From: Terrimicrobiaceae bacterium
GTDB lineage: Bacteria > Verrucomicrobiota > Verrucomicrobiia > Chthoniobacterales > Terrimicrobiaceae
Reading direction: 5' to 3'
Length of the DNA stretch: 64,000 nt
Assembly: GCA_041752695.1 (NCBI GenBank)
Contig: JBGSVZ010000038.1
Span: 96,001-160,000 of the forward strand
Shown here: in pieces, positions 19,336-28,887 of the stretch
Position numbering within the stretch: position 1 is the first letter of the stretch
Layout of the letters: each line of letters begins with the position of its first letter
Program-made: the position numbers and the translations under genes
The notes under the pieces: model-generated
The model's database searches: none
What the model was told of the DNA's origin: nothing
The model's input: only the letters and a program-made list of their open reading frames with translations

Positions 19336-22300
19336 GTGTACAGGTTGAAATTGTTCGTTTTGGCGGTGTTGATGGCTTTCGGGAACTCAACCCTGGAGGC
19401 GCTGGACCTGAACGGCGATGGTGTATCAGACGTTTACCTCCATATCTACCCACCCCAAACAGGTCAGACATTTTTGCTCTCTGAGGACACGGACGGAGAC
19501 AGTTATACCAACGAAAAAGAGGCCGCTTTCGGAACGGATTGGAGAGACAGCAACTCCAAACCCACGGCATCTGTTGTCGAGAATGGGCCGGATCTGGATG
19601 TTTCCTTTTTTGGGGTCTCGGGGGTTTCCTACCAAGTCCTAAATTCGCCGGACCTAGAAATGCAGTGGTCGCCAGTATCTCCGATCCTTGTGGGCGCGGG
19701 ACAAACCATCACCGTCCCAGTGGTCATGGGCGGACTCACCAAAAACTTTTGGAGGTTGGCGACGGGGAGTGACCTTGACGAGGACGGCGACTACCTGACT
19801 GCGTACGAGGAAGGTTTGCTCAATGCCTTGGACAACAACCATGACAGCGATGGTGACGGCAACTCTGACACGCAAGAGTTCCAACAAGGCACTGCGGCAG
19901 ATGACCCGATGTCCTTCTATCTCCCGACCATTGTAAAGACAGCAGGGGACAACCAAGCCGGGGCACCGTCCTCCATTGCCGGGGTTCCATTGACAGTCGA
20001 AGTCACGGACTCCGGAGGCACACCACTTTTTTACGTCCCTATCACCTACTCAACAACCGGCGGCGGTTTCTTGATCACAGATCGCGATACCCCAAACCCC
20101 ACAGAGGAGGTGACAGTCTATTCCGACGAACTCGGACAAGCCGGCTTGTGGTTCAAGTTCCCTCCAACGGAGCCGATTTCGACCCAAGTCACTGCCAAAG
20201 TCCGGGCCGGGACTCAGTTCAATAGCGTTTCATTCGCCACGGCCAGCGTTGCGCCTCCTAGCAACGACATGTTCGCGTTGGCTAGGAATCTAAATGGGGA
20301 AACCCTTCCCTACCAGCAAACAACCGCAGGTTCCACCCTGGAAGCCTCGGAGCCCGTCCACGCTGATACCTTGGAAGGAGCTTCTGTATGGTTCACATGG
20401 ACGGCACCTTCCACCGAGCGCGTAGCTTTTCGAACGGACGGAAGCGACTTCGACACGGTCTTAGCTGTCTACACGGGACCGACCGTAGATAACCTCACAG
20501 AGGTCGCATCTAACGATGACCAAACCGAGATTGATCCCTTGCCATTTGCGAGCAAGGTTGTTTTCCAAGCCGAACAAGGAACCACTTACCGGATAGCGGT
20601 TGCTGGGTTCCGAGGGGCAACGGGAAACCTCACTATCACCACGGAAGGAAGTACCGGGCCTGCGAATGATTTCTTTGCCGATGCGCAAGTCCTGCTTTCA
20701 AACTCGGGGACCGTTACTGTTTCGGCCCTGGGAGCTTCAGTGGAAGCGAACGAACCTCCGCTGAATGGCGAGGTTCATCGCGGGACTCTTTGGTATAAGT
20801 TCCCATCCACAGAGAGAGGGCCTCTCGATATTTCAGCATCGCAACCGTCAGCCGACACTGTCGTTGCCGTGTTCACCGGCTCTTCTGTTGCATCCCTGAC
20901 CCCCGTGGCCGCATCAACCCGCGCCGCTTCTGAGGGCGGCTCTCTCCGCCTCGTAACAGCCGATGACACGGACTACTGGATAGCAGTTGCCAGCCTTTCC
21001 CCGAACGGCGGAGACATTTCCCTCAGCTGGGGGTTTGAGAAGCTGAATGACAACTTCGCAGAGGCCCTCGTAATCACTGGCACCAGTGGGACTATTTCGG
21101 GAACCAACGAGGGGGCGACAACCGAACAAGACGAACCCTACCATTGGTGGTACCCTTACGCCTCGATATGGTACACTTGGGTGGCGCCTTCGACCGGGGT
21201 GTTCACATTCGATACAATTGGCAGCTCGGTAAACACCGTATTGGCGGTCTATGTCGGGACGGAGCTTAACCAACTCCAAATGCAAAACGCGGACGATAAT
21301 AGCGGCCCGGACGGAGCTGCGGTTCTTCAATTCTGGGCAGAACAAGGGACGGAGTATAAAATCGCAATCGACACCTACGAACCCGACCAAGGCGCAACGG
21401 TCTTAAATTGGGCACCGGGTGAGTGGTTCTTTTCTCAACAGTCTACGGCTCAATCGTCGGCTCCGATTTTAACGCCAGAACAACGCACCTTAGAGGGTGC
21501 CCAACAGGACGGAGTGTTGTTTCCGAATAGCGGGAGTTTTTCGGCTCTCAGTGAGACCTGTCCTGACCCAGAAGAACCGAACAAAGGCGAGGTAGTCCAC
21601 TACAACTCCAGTGGCGAAAAAGTTACAAGTAGGACTGTCTATCTGAGTTTACCAAAACCAAAACCGTCCGACCCTACCCCCCAAACATGCCCCCAAGATA
21701 TCGCGATTCAACACAAAATCGTCACGACCAATACCCCTAGAACACGCGACTTGCCTGGGATGCTGAAGATTACCTTGAAGTCCGGGGATGCCTCTGTTGT
21801 CGAGATCAAACGCAACGGCGCCACCTACACGCTAGACACTCAGATTCCGGTTTTGGAGACGGGACACTCTGGTTGCGGCGTCCACGATTGGCATTACGGC
21901 TACGAAAACTTTGAGTTCATCGGAAAGACTAAAGGTGAGGCAGTTTTCGAGGTAGAGTGTGACCCGGATCCAGACGACGGCGGAGATGGCTCGGCAACGA
22001 CAAAACTCACTCTCACGGTCAAGGTGTTTGAGTTGAGCTTTGAGGCTGATCCACTATCACAAATCCCCGTCGCGGCGGGGAGTGAGTGGACTGGCGCTGA
22101 CGGTTATTCGCTACAGGCCAATTCATCCAAACAGAAAATCACGGCGAAAACCGACCCAGCGGACGTTGCCGACTTAATCGAACTCGAAGTCAAGGAATTC
22201 AAAGACCAACCGAACCCCGATTATCAACCGGCAGACCCTGGTTCGGTAGAAAAAACAAGCTCGGGTGTTTTTGAGTATACAGCCTTCAAGGAATCGAAGG

Positions 22301-22863
22301 ATGCGAAGGCCCCCAGAGACAAAAAAGTAGTGGTCGTCGCAAAGATCGACGAATCGGAGTTGTGCGTAAAGCACGAGGTGACCGTGAAGCCGGTATTCAA
22401 TTGGCTAACTACTCTGCACCAGCATGGTCCGGGAGAACAGAGTCACGGTCCTGAAGTCTCAGACTTCGAAACGGCGTGGCGTTTCGCCCGGTGGAAGTAC
22501 GGGATTTCGACAGCTAACCTTTCTTCGATAACCTACACCCAAAACGGTCCAGGTGACGCGCAAGTCTTGTATCAATCGGGGACCGTTGGCGCAAGGCCTT
22601 GCATAATCTACCAATCTGCTTTCGGGACTGAGAATTACTGCGCATCAGTCCTAGGGCACGAAAATGTCCATGGTGGGCAGTCTGTTGGTTATTGGATCCT
22701 CTCTGGGGCTTCGAAACTCTCCGGGGCTTTCAACAAAAAAATCGAATACCCCGCCTATAAGTGGCAGGTAGACAACGCTGCCCGGTGCGGCCTTTCTCCG
22801 GGGGAGGAAGGTCAGGTAACCAACAACATGAACCTCACTAAACAAGGGAAGGACCCATTTTGA
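19336..22863 (+). CDS. Large secreted multidomain protein: Ca-binding DxDGDG repeats, Ig-like domain, three NDxFAxA beta-sandwich repeats and a C-terminal HExxH metallopeptidase-like domain
   Basis: Signal peptide after GTG 19336; DLNGDG/DTDGD/DSDGDG motifs; three repeats NDxFAxA...SVWFTWTAP...DTVLAVYTG; C-terminal SVLGHENVHGGQ...EYPAY. TTGACA at 19301 with AAGCAT -10, 7 nt before the GTG. Confidence 0.75.
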   Translation: MYRLKLFVLAVLMAFGNSTLEALDLNGDGVSDVYLHIYPPQTGQTFLLSEDTDGDSYTNEKEAAFGTDWRDSNSKPTASVVENGPDLDVSFFGVSGVSYQVLNSPDLEMQWSPVSPILVGAGQTITVPVVMGGLTKNFWRLATGSDLDEDGDYLTAYEEGLLNALDNNHDSDGDGNSDTQEFQQGTAADDPMSFYLPTIVKTAGDNQAGAPSSIAGVPLTVEVTDSGGTPLFYVPITYSTTGGGFLITDRDTPNPTEEVTVYSDELGQAGLWFKFPPTEPISTQVTAKVRAGTQFNSVSFATASVAPPSNDMFALARNLNGETLPYQQTTAGSTLEASEPVHADTLEGASVWFTWTAPSTERVAFRTDGSDFDTVLAVYTGPTVDNLTEVASNDDQTEIDPLPFASKVVFQAEQGTTYRIAVAGFRGATGNLTITTEGSTGPANDFFADAQVLLSNSGTVTVSALGASVEANEPPLNGEVHRGTLWYKFPSTERGPLDISASQPSADTVVAVFTGSSVASLTPVAASTRAASEGGSLRLVTADDTDYWIAVASLSPNGGDISLSWGFEKLNDNFAEALVITGTSGTISGTNEGATTEQDEPYHWWYPYASIWYTWVAPSTGVFTFDTIGSSVNTVLAVYVGTELNQLQMQNADDNSGPDGAAVLQFWAEQGTEYKIAIDTYEPDQGATVLNWAPGEWFFSQQSTAQSSAPILTPEQRTLEGAQQDGVLFPNSGSFSALSETCPDPEEPNKGEVVHYNSSGEKVTSRTVYLSLPKPKPSDPTPQTCPQDIAIQHKIVTTNTPRTRDLPGMLKITLKSGDASVVEIKRNGATYTLDTQIPVLETGHSGCGVHDWHYGYENFEFIGKTKGEAVFEVECDPDPDDGGDGSATTKLTLTVKVFELSFEADPLSQIPVAAGSEWTGADGYSLQANSSKQKITAKTDPADVADLIELEVKEFKDQPNPDYQPADPGSVEKTSSGVFEYTAFKESKDAKAPRDKKVVVVAKIDESELCVKHEVTVKPVFNWLTTLHQHGPGEQSHGPEVSDFETAWRFARWKYGISTANLSSITYTQNGPGDAQVLYQSGTVGARPCIIYQSAFGTENYCASVLGHENVHGGQSVGYWILSGASKLSGAFNKKIEYPAYKWQVDNAARCGLSPGEEGQVTNNMNLTKQGKDPF

Positions 22864-23801
22864 AAAAAATCATCATTCTCCCGGTAGCCGTTGCCGTCGT
22901 CGCGGGTCTTGCTTTTCTGGCCACCCGCCAAACGTCGGTGGAAAAACCCTCCGGCCCCGATGTCGTCCACTTTGGGAAAATCTCTGCAAATTTCAAGGAT
23001 GCCGAGAGTTCACTTTCGAAGTTATTGAAAGGCTCACCAAGGGACCAAATCCAGGCGCTTTCAGCCCTCCAAGGGCGTCCCTCGCTTGCCTTAGGTTCAC
23101 CAATCCTCGCGCAAATCACACTCCTAGCGGTGAAGGACGAGGATTATTCCAAGTTGGAAAAGCTTGTAGGGGAAATTCGCGCAAGTGATTTTGCGGAGCC
23201 GAAAATGAGCAGCGAGCTTTCAGCATTGAGTGACCGAGCAGAGGCTAGACGGATGGCTCTGGCGATCTCAGTCGCAAATAGCGTCCCAGAGGCGGTGGCA
23301 ACCATGAAAAAGCTCAGCAAGAGTGAAAGCGGATCTGAGCGTTTCGTCGCATCTACAGCCCAGAAATGGTACGACCTCTACGGCACCACAGATTCACCAA
23401 AGCTCCCTCCACAACTGTATATTACGCGAATGATGCCCTTCGATCAGTTTGTCTCAACAGTCCAGCGGGATTTGAATTCCGGGGATCCTAAAAAAAGCGC
23501 CGAGGGCGTGCAGCAAGTCGTTCGGAACATAAATATGCGTCCTCCAACTGGGGAAGCCCGGGAGGTCCTCGTTTCATTGCTAGATATGTTCCTCAAGAAT
23601 TCGAGTGAGAATTCCGAGTCCGAGACAACCAGCATGAAATATGAGGTGATCCGGACGACATCCATCGCCGGAGGGGAGGTCGCGAAACAGCTCCTCATTC
23701 GGGAAAGCAAGAGGACCAATTCCCCCATTGCCGACGATGCTGCCTCGGGATTGGAATTCTTGGAGGCGCAGGAGGAGAAGCGGCCGCCAGCTCAACCATA
23801 A
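22860..23801 (+). CDS. Membrane-anchored helical protein, candidate immunity or partner protein
   Basis: N-terminal hydrophobic anchor; start overlaps the stop of the upstream gene; HEAT-like helical composition. Confidence 0.65.
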   Translation: MKKIIILPVAVAVVAGLAFLATRQTSVEKPSGPDVVHFGKISANFKDAESSLSKLLKGSPRDQIQALSALQGRPSLALGSPILAQITLLAVKDEDYSKLEKLVGEIRASDFAEPKMSSELSALSDRAEARRMALAISVANSVPEAVATMKKLSKSESGSERFVASTAQKWYDLYGTTDSPKLPPQLYITRMMPFDQFVSTVQRDLNSGDPKKSAEGVQQVVRNINMRPPTGEAREVLVSLLDMFLKNSSENSESETTSMKYEVIRTTSIAGGEVAKQLLIRESKRTNSPIADDAASGLEFLEAQEEKRPPAQP

Positions 23802-23824
23802 GCTGGCGACCCTGTAGGCGCTAC

Positions 23825-24406
23825 CTATGTGGTTGCCAGCGCATCGCGGGAGAGGATGCAACCGCGCTCCGCCATAAATCCCAGGCGTTCCCGATCCGTC
23901 GTGAGCTTGGCAAAAGCCTCTGCGTCAGCCTGCTCCAAAGCCTCGCAAAACCGCGTGTGCGCTGCCTCTGCGGCGACAAGACGGTAATGCGCCTCCAACG
24001 CCTCCTCTGCCCCGTCCAAGACCGTGAGCGGGTCCCACAGCTCGACACCGATATGCCCCTCGCCAATCGAGACGGACATGAAATCCCGGGAAAATTGCCC
24101 GGTCAAAGTCTCATCGTCGAAGTGGCAAATGATCTCGCCTTTCCGCTCCCCCCAGGGGTGGAAGTGGATCTCTCCACCCTCAATGACGCGGATAACTCCG
24201 CCGTCTTCCCCGTTCCGTGTGCTGCCTATTTCGCGCATTTGGGGGGCGGGCTGGGCTGCGGGCTCTAGCCAAGCGTCCAGCTCCTTTTGGAGCTTAGTCC
24301 GCTCCTCCGCCTCGGAGGCGTGGTACCCTTTTCTGTCGACGATATAGAGGCGACACCATCTGAGGAGTCGTTCGGCTTCTTGCATTTTTTGGTCGTGTGT
24401 TTTCAT
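23825..24406 (-). CDS. Hypothetical phage protein
   Basis: 193-aa ORF at the end of the leftward replication operon. Confidence 0.6.
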   Translation of the reverse strand: MKTHDQKMQEAERLLRWCRLYIVDRKGYHASEAEERTKLQKELDAWLEPAAQPAPQMREIGSTRNGEDGGVIRVIEGGEIHFHPWGERKGEIICHFDDETLTGQFSRDFMSVSIGEGHIGVELWDPLTVLDGAEEALEAHYRLVAAEAAHTRFCEALEQADAEAFAKLTTDRERLGFMAERGCILSRDALATT

Positions 24407-24555
24407 GGTTTATTTTTGGTTGAGTCTCAAATCTGCGGCCATCAGGCGGCAAAATTCTGTGATGGTTTTCCCGTCATTGGCGGGCTTCTTCTGTTCTGTT
24501 TTTTTCATGTTCTTTTTCTGTTTTTTCCCGGACGGAATTGCCCGGGGAAATTGTG

Positions 24556-26229
24556 TTATTCAGGCCCGCTGGCTTGGGCGAGTCGAAGACCCCAAAAGCC
24601 TCGGACGCAGTCCTTTTTTCCTTCTTTGAATTTCCTGGCTCGGAGGGCCTTATACAAACGATTCTGTGTCCACGGCTTTTCGTTGCTTGCCTTACACCAC
24701 CGGGTGTGAGCATCCAAAACGGAGTCACGGGAGACCCAAAATTCCTTCCCTTTCCCCAACTCGCAGTGATCTGCGAGGAAGTCGCCCAACTCATCTTCTT
24801 CCAAATTGTAGTCCGCGACGTGTTGTTTGACGGTCTCTTGCACTTTAATTTTCATCCCTTGATTCTTCCAGCGGCGGAGCCCTGCAAGAGCCCAATTGAG
24901 GAACCCAGAGCGCTCCTGATCCGATTTCCAGAACTCGTCCCGGATGGTTCTCTCTTGGTTGTCCTCTGTCGTCTGACCCTTCGCAGAAATGAGCAAAACA
25001 CGCTCCCAAAAGGCCGCGTCGCGGGACCTGATACGTGGGGTGTTATTTCCGTAAATCGTATGGTGCGCGGTCGCCTCGGAGTAAGAGAATTGCTCGTAAT
25101 GACCTCTCCCAGGGCTGTAATCGCCGCCCGTGAGGAGCTTTAGGCGGGCCTCATCAATCCAGGTATTTTCATCGGCCTCCGGCGCAAAAACGAAGCGACA
25201 CCCCTGCATGGCGGCAAGTTCCAAAGTCGGAGGTTTGCCATGTTTATCCACGGTATATAGCTGCATGGTCGCCGCCATCGAGTAGCTGCCTAAGACTTTC
25301 CCCCAACCCTTAATGAGTGTGGTTTTTCCGGTGCCGTTTTCCCCCAAAAGAAAGAGGGCCTTGCGGTCGTGTAACTCGCCGACCAAAGTCGACCCAAGAA
25401 ACTCTTGCAAAGTATCGTGCTGGCCGGAGTCGTAGCGGTGCTCTCCCACGAGGGCCGGGAGGTGCCGGGAAACGGCCGCAGGATCGTAATCCACATCCGC
25501 CCTTCGCGAGATAAGGTCCTCCCGCGAGTAGGGGCGGAATTCCTCCGTCCTGAGATCCAAAACCCCGTTCCGGCACCCCAAAAGCCATCCGTTGGAGTCC
25601 ATTTTTTCTGAGTCCACGGCCACCATGCGGGCGGGGCGGGAGTCCAACCAAACCACAACTTCGCCAAGCTGGGCGATTTTGAGGATTGATTCCATGGATC
25701 TGGCCTTGGCCATGGCGCAAAGATGCGTCATCCAGGCTTTTCGCTCGCCTTCTGCGAACCGCTCGTACGCATGAGCTACGAGGGTCGAGATGGTGCGAAT
25801 GAGGAGCCGCCCAACGGCCTGCGGCGACTCCACCCAACCACCGCCCGTGGGGTCGAATACCATCCATTTACCGCCCCGCTTGGCGCTGACATACCGCAAA
25901 TAATCTCCGAAGTGCGCAAGGAATCGGGTGGCGGCCCCAACCTCTGTGAGGTCGCAATTCCAGAAAATTCTTTGACAAGCCGGCTGTAGGCTTTCGACCC
26001 GAGCCAGCTCCGAGGGGAGGATTTCCTCGGGCTTTTTTTCGAGCGCCCAAGCGACAAGAATCGCCTCATTTTGGGTCGCGGGTTCTTCGATTTCCGTCGC
26101 GGTTGGCGGCGGCAAATGGTCGTCGAGGGTATCGTCCTGTCCGTCGTCATCTTCGTCCTCCTCCCGGAGCCCTTGGGGCGTGGGGTCGGGTACTTCTGTT
26201 TCTTCAAATTCTGCAAAGTCTGTTTCCAT
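24556..26229 (-). CDS. P4/D5-family SF3 helicase (phage/plasmid primase C-terminal type)
   Basis: LLGCRNGVLDLRT, Walker A GENGTGKTT, LKLLTGGD, DAAFWER. Confidence 0.92.
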   Translation of the reverse strand: METDFAEFEETEVPDPTPQGLREEDEDDDGQDDTLDDHLPPPTATEIEEPATQNEAILVAWALEKKPEEILPSELARVESLQPACQRIFWNCDLTEVGAATRFLAHFGDYLRYVSAKRGGKWMVFDPTGGGWVESPQAVGRLLIRTISTLVAHAYERFAEGERKAWMTHLCAMAKARSMESILKIAQLGEVVVWLDSRPARMVAVDSEKMDSNGWLLGCRNGVLDLRTEEFRPYSREDLISRRADVDYDPAAVSRHLPALVGEHRYDSGQHDTLQEFLGSTLVGELHDRKALFLLGENGTGKTTLIKGWGKVLGSYSMAATMQLYTVDKHGKPPTLELAAMQGCRFVFAPEADENTWIDEARLKLLTGGDYSPGRGHYEQFSYSEATAHHTIYGNNTPRIRSRDAAFWERVLLISAKGQTTEDNQERTIRDEFWKSDQERSGFLNWALAGLRRWKNQGMKIKVQETVKQHVADYNLEEDELGDFLADHCELGKGKEFWVSRDSVLDAHTRWCKASNEKPWTQNRLYKALRARKFKEGKKDCVRGFWGLRLAQASGPE

Positions 26230-26247
26230 ATTTTTCTTCTAAAATTG

Positions 26248-27384
26248 TTAGGCTGCGGAGGCGGCGAGAGGGTCGAGATAGAGGAGCCGCTGGAAGCGCC
26301 TCCTTTGGATAATTTCCCCGTCGCGAATATCCCAACGCTCAACCCCTGGGAGTCTCGCGGGCTGGCTGGCATTGAGCATTTTTGCGTCCCCCCCAAGGCC
26401 GCCGAAGGTGCCTTTTGGTTTTTCGGGCCGCTCATCTCGAGGGAGGAGGGACCACTTGCATCCGCATAAAAAAGCCGTCGCCATGGAGAGACGGGCGACG
26501 GTCAACCGCCCGCTCAAATGGATCCAGGCGTGTAGGCTCTTGCCTGCCGCGTCCACTACCGCAGCGAGGCGGAGTCCCATGACATCGCGCAACCATAGGA
26601 TGATTCCCGCCTGCATAGCCTTGTCGGCGGAATCGCATTCGAAAACGAAAAACTGGCGTTGGATAAATTCGTCTTTTCTTGCGAAAATTCCTTGGGGGAA
26701 CACACCCATGCTGACGAATGCTCCCCAGCTCATAGGGGCTCCCCGGCGGCCCCGGTGACTCCCGAGACGGTGGCCCCAAAGGGATGGCGGTTGGAAATGA
26801 TCTACCGCCTTTCGCCCCGATGAAAAAGGCATGCCTATCCAGAGGTTGGGGGTATCCATGCTGGTGTCGTGCAGGGCCAAAAACCGCTCGGTCTGCTCCC
26901 GGGGATCGAGGGGGATCGCGCAAGGGCTGGAGGCAATGAGATCCGCCACGCTGGCGGGTTTGATCCGCGCTCTCTGCGCGAGGCCACGCCGTGCGAGAGC
27001 GAGGGCGTCGTAGTCCCCTACTGGCTTAGGCTGGGGAAACGGACAAACCCAGGGCTTGGCCTTGCGCGGCGCTTTCCCGCCCTCCGTGGCGCGTCGCAGC
27101 TCGCCCCATAGTTGATCCACCAGGGGGCGGCACGACTCATGCCTGCACCACACCCGGAGGGATTTGCCACGGATCCAGACGCGGAATTCCGAGTCATCAT
27201 TTTCCGTCGAATGCACAGGCTGGCCGTCAACCTCCCGAAACGGGCATGGGCCGGTGTAATCCGCATCCTCTCCTTGAGGATTCGGAGCCTCTGTCAGGCC
27301 GGGAACCAACCTCGCCACGGCCTCCCTGCGGAGCCGCAGGAGCTTTTCCGTGGCCTCGCCCTCGACTCGGAGATGGTCGCTCAT
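26248..27384 (-). CDS. Primase-polymerase (AEP-like) with N-terminal Zn-binding domain
   Basis: CP...H...C.H..C N-terminus; FVFECD, VVDAAGKSLHAW, SQPARLPG; directly upstream of the helicase. Confidence 0.7.
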   Translation of the reverse strand: MSDHLRVEGEATEKLLRLRREAVARLVPGLTEAPNPQGEDADYTGPCPFREVDGQPVHSTENDDSEFRVWIRGKSLRVWCRHESCRPLVDQLWGELRRATEGGKAPRKAKPWVCPFPQPKPVGDYDALALARRGLAQRARIKPASVADLIASSPCAIPLDPREQTERFLALHDTSMDTPNLWIGMPFSSGRKAVDHFQPPSLWGHRLGSHRGRRGAPMSWGAFVSMGVFPQGIFARKDEFIQRQFFVFECDSADKAMQAGIILWLRDVMGLRLAAVVDAAGKSLHAWIHLSGRLTVARLSMATAFLCGCKWSLLPRDERPEKPKGTFGGLGGDAKMLNASQPARLPGVERWDIRDGEIIQRRRFQRLLYLDPLAASAA

Positions 27385-27644
27385 AGCTCAAATCCTCCCA
27401 GTAGATTTGTGTTTTTCGGCCTGCGGCCCCGGGCGGGAGGCGTAAAGGCGAGCAGCTCCTCCACCGCGAGATAAGTCTGACAGCCAAGTTCGAGTTTTCG
27501 CAAATTTCCCCTTATCACCCAACCCCAAACGGTGGGGGTTGGGAGTTCGAGAATTTCGGCGGCCTGGGCGACAGTGAGCACGGGGCCTGCGGCCGGGTGG
27601 GTCAAGAGGAGAGGGATACTCTCCCGTAGTTTTTCTTTTTTCAT
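27381..27644 (-). CDS. Excisionase/MerR-like HTH DNA-binding protein
   Basis: LTVAQAAEILELPTPTVWGWVIRGNL. Confidence 0.8.
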   Translation of the reverse strand: MKKEKLRESIPLLLTHPAAGPVLTVAQAAEILELPTPTVWGWVIRGNLRKLELGCQTYLAVEELLAFTPPARGRRPKNTNLLGGFEL

Positions 27645-27754
27645 AGCGTTTCCTTTTTTTGGGAAACGCGAGCGGCTTTCAGGATCTTCGCCCCGTGTCA
27701 TTGCCCGGGGTCGGGGCCGCGTCCAAAGTTCGCGTCTTTTTGTTTCTTAGAGGA

Positions 27755-28105
27755 TTAGAGGATCCCCCCAGCGCGGAGGAGATCCGCTGCGTCTTTTATT
27801 TCTTTGAGTTTTGCATCGCCGCCGGCCCAAAAAGCCTGGTGGATAATTTCGTTTAGGTCGCTCCCTTTTCGGATTTCGAACTGCACGTCCTCCCAGCCGT
27901 AGACGACTTGGGGATTTGGGTCGTACTTACCGTAAGGCATCAAACAAAGTCGCAAAGCCTCGAGCTTTGCGGCGTAAGGGATGTTCTCCGGTTCGGAGTT
28001 GGGGTTTTGGAGGCGGTTTGCGGCCTCTCCTAGCACTTCCGTTAGCGGCCTCATGGGGGCGCTGGTTTCGTGCAAGTCTTCTGTTTCTTCGAGTTCTGTT
28101 TCCAT
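27755..28105 (-). CDS. Hypothetical phage protein
   Basis: 116-aa ORF with ATG start, in the leftward operon. Confidence 0.6.
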   Translation of the reverse strand: METELEETEDLHETSAPMRPLTEVLGEAANRLQNPNSEPENIPYAAKLEALRLCLMPYGKYDPNPQVVYGWEDVQFEIRKGSDLNEIIHQAFWAGGDAKLKEIKDAADLLRAGGIL

Positions 28106-28581
28106 TTTTTTGGTACTTTCAAGCGTCCTCTAATTAAGTTTCCCCGCGTCTGCCGGACGCAATTCTTCCGCGAGGTGGTTGGGTTTGGATCTCGCGGTGG
28201 CGTCTCTGCCTTGTGTTCTCGCCCTCTTGCGCCCCGAGTGGGGCGGGAGGTGAACCCGCTTTCGACTCCTGTCGCTCCCTAGAGAGCCGTTTTGTCGATA
28301 CCCAAAACCTATGACATCTGCGTAATCAATGCAATGTTTTTTTATTAGCTTTTGGGGGTTAAGTTTCTTTACCTTACCCCTCCGAGCCGCTTGTTTCCTT
28401 ACTCTCCGTGTTTCGAGATACCCGAAAATAAATCGAAAAAAAGTTATGCGCACCTATTTTCTCCCTGCCAGAATCCCCCAAGCCCTTTTAGTCTTGTCGA
28501 TTACTTTTCTAAACCCAAAAAATAGTTAACAAACTGCCCTTTTTCGTGTCGGAAATTTTCCCAGATCGCCAAAATGGAGCC

Positions 28582-28776
28582 GGGGACAGCTTTTATCTGT
28601 CCCCAAAAATCCGGGACAGCTTTTTGTAACCCCCTGATAATAAGCGCCTTGCAAGGATTGGGGACAGATTTTAGTGATTCCCCTAGAAAGTAGCGTACGT
28701 ACGCGTGTGTGTGCGTGTGAGGGGAGGTTGTACAAAAGCCGGAAAAACCTGCCCCGGGACAGCTTTTTCTGTCCCC
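28582..28776. repeat. Iteron and hairpin cluster, candidate replication origin
   Basis: Six GGGACAG copies in both orientations, two pairs forming hairpins (28582-28604, 28756-28775), next to an AT-rich tract. Confidence 0.65.
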
Positions 28777-28887
28777 GAACCCCTTCGCCCCTGGAGCCCA
28801 AGGACACTGCACCACCCCGCCGCAGGCAGGGTGTGCAGGTAATATGTCCGGGCTCCTACTACATCTAGTTGACGCCCGCACAGGGCC

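Noticed and set aside
18761..19570. 269-aa minus-strand ORF across the phage tRNA-Ala
   Set aside because: Overlaps a tRNA and the start of the large plus-strand gene; composition is not protein-like.
28130..28453. 107-aa minus-strand ORF as a possible repressor
   Set aside because: Low-complexity, AT-rich control-region sequence with no HTH pattern; not supported as coding.
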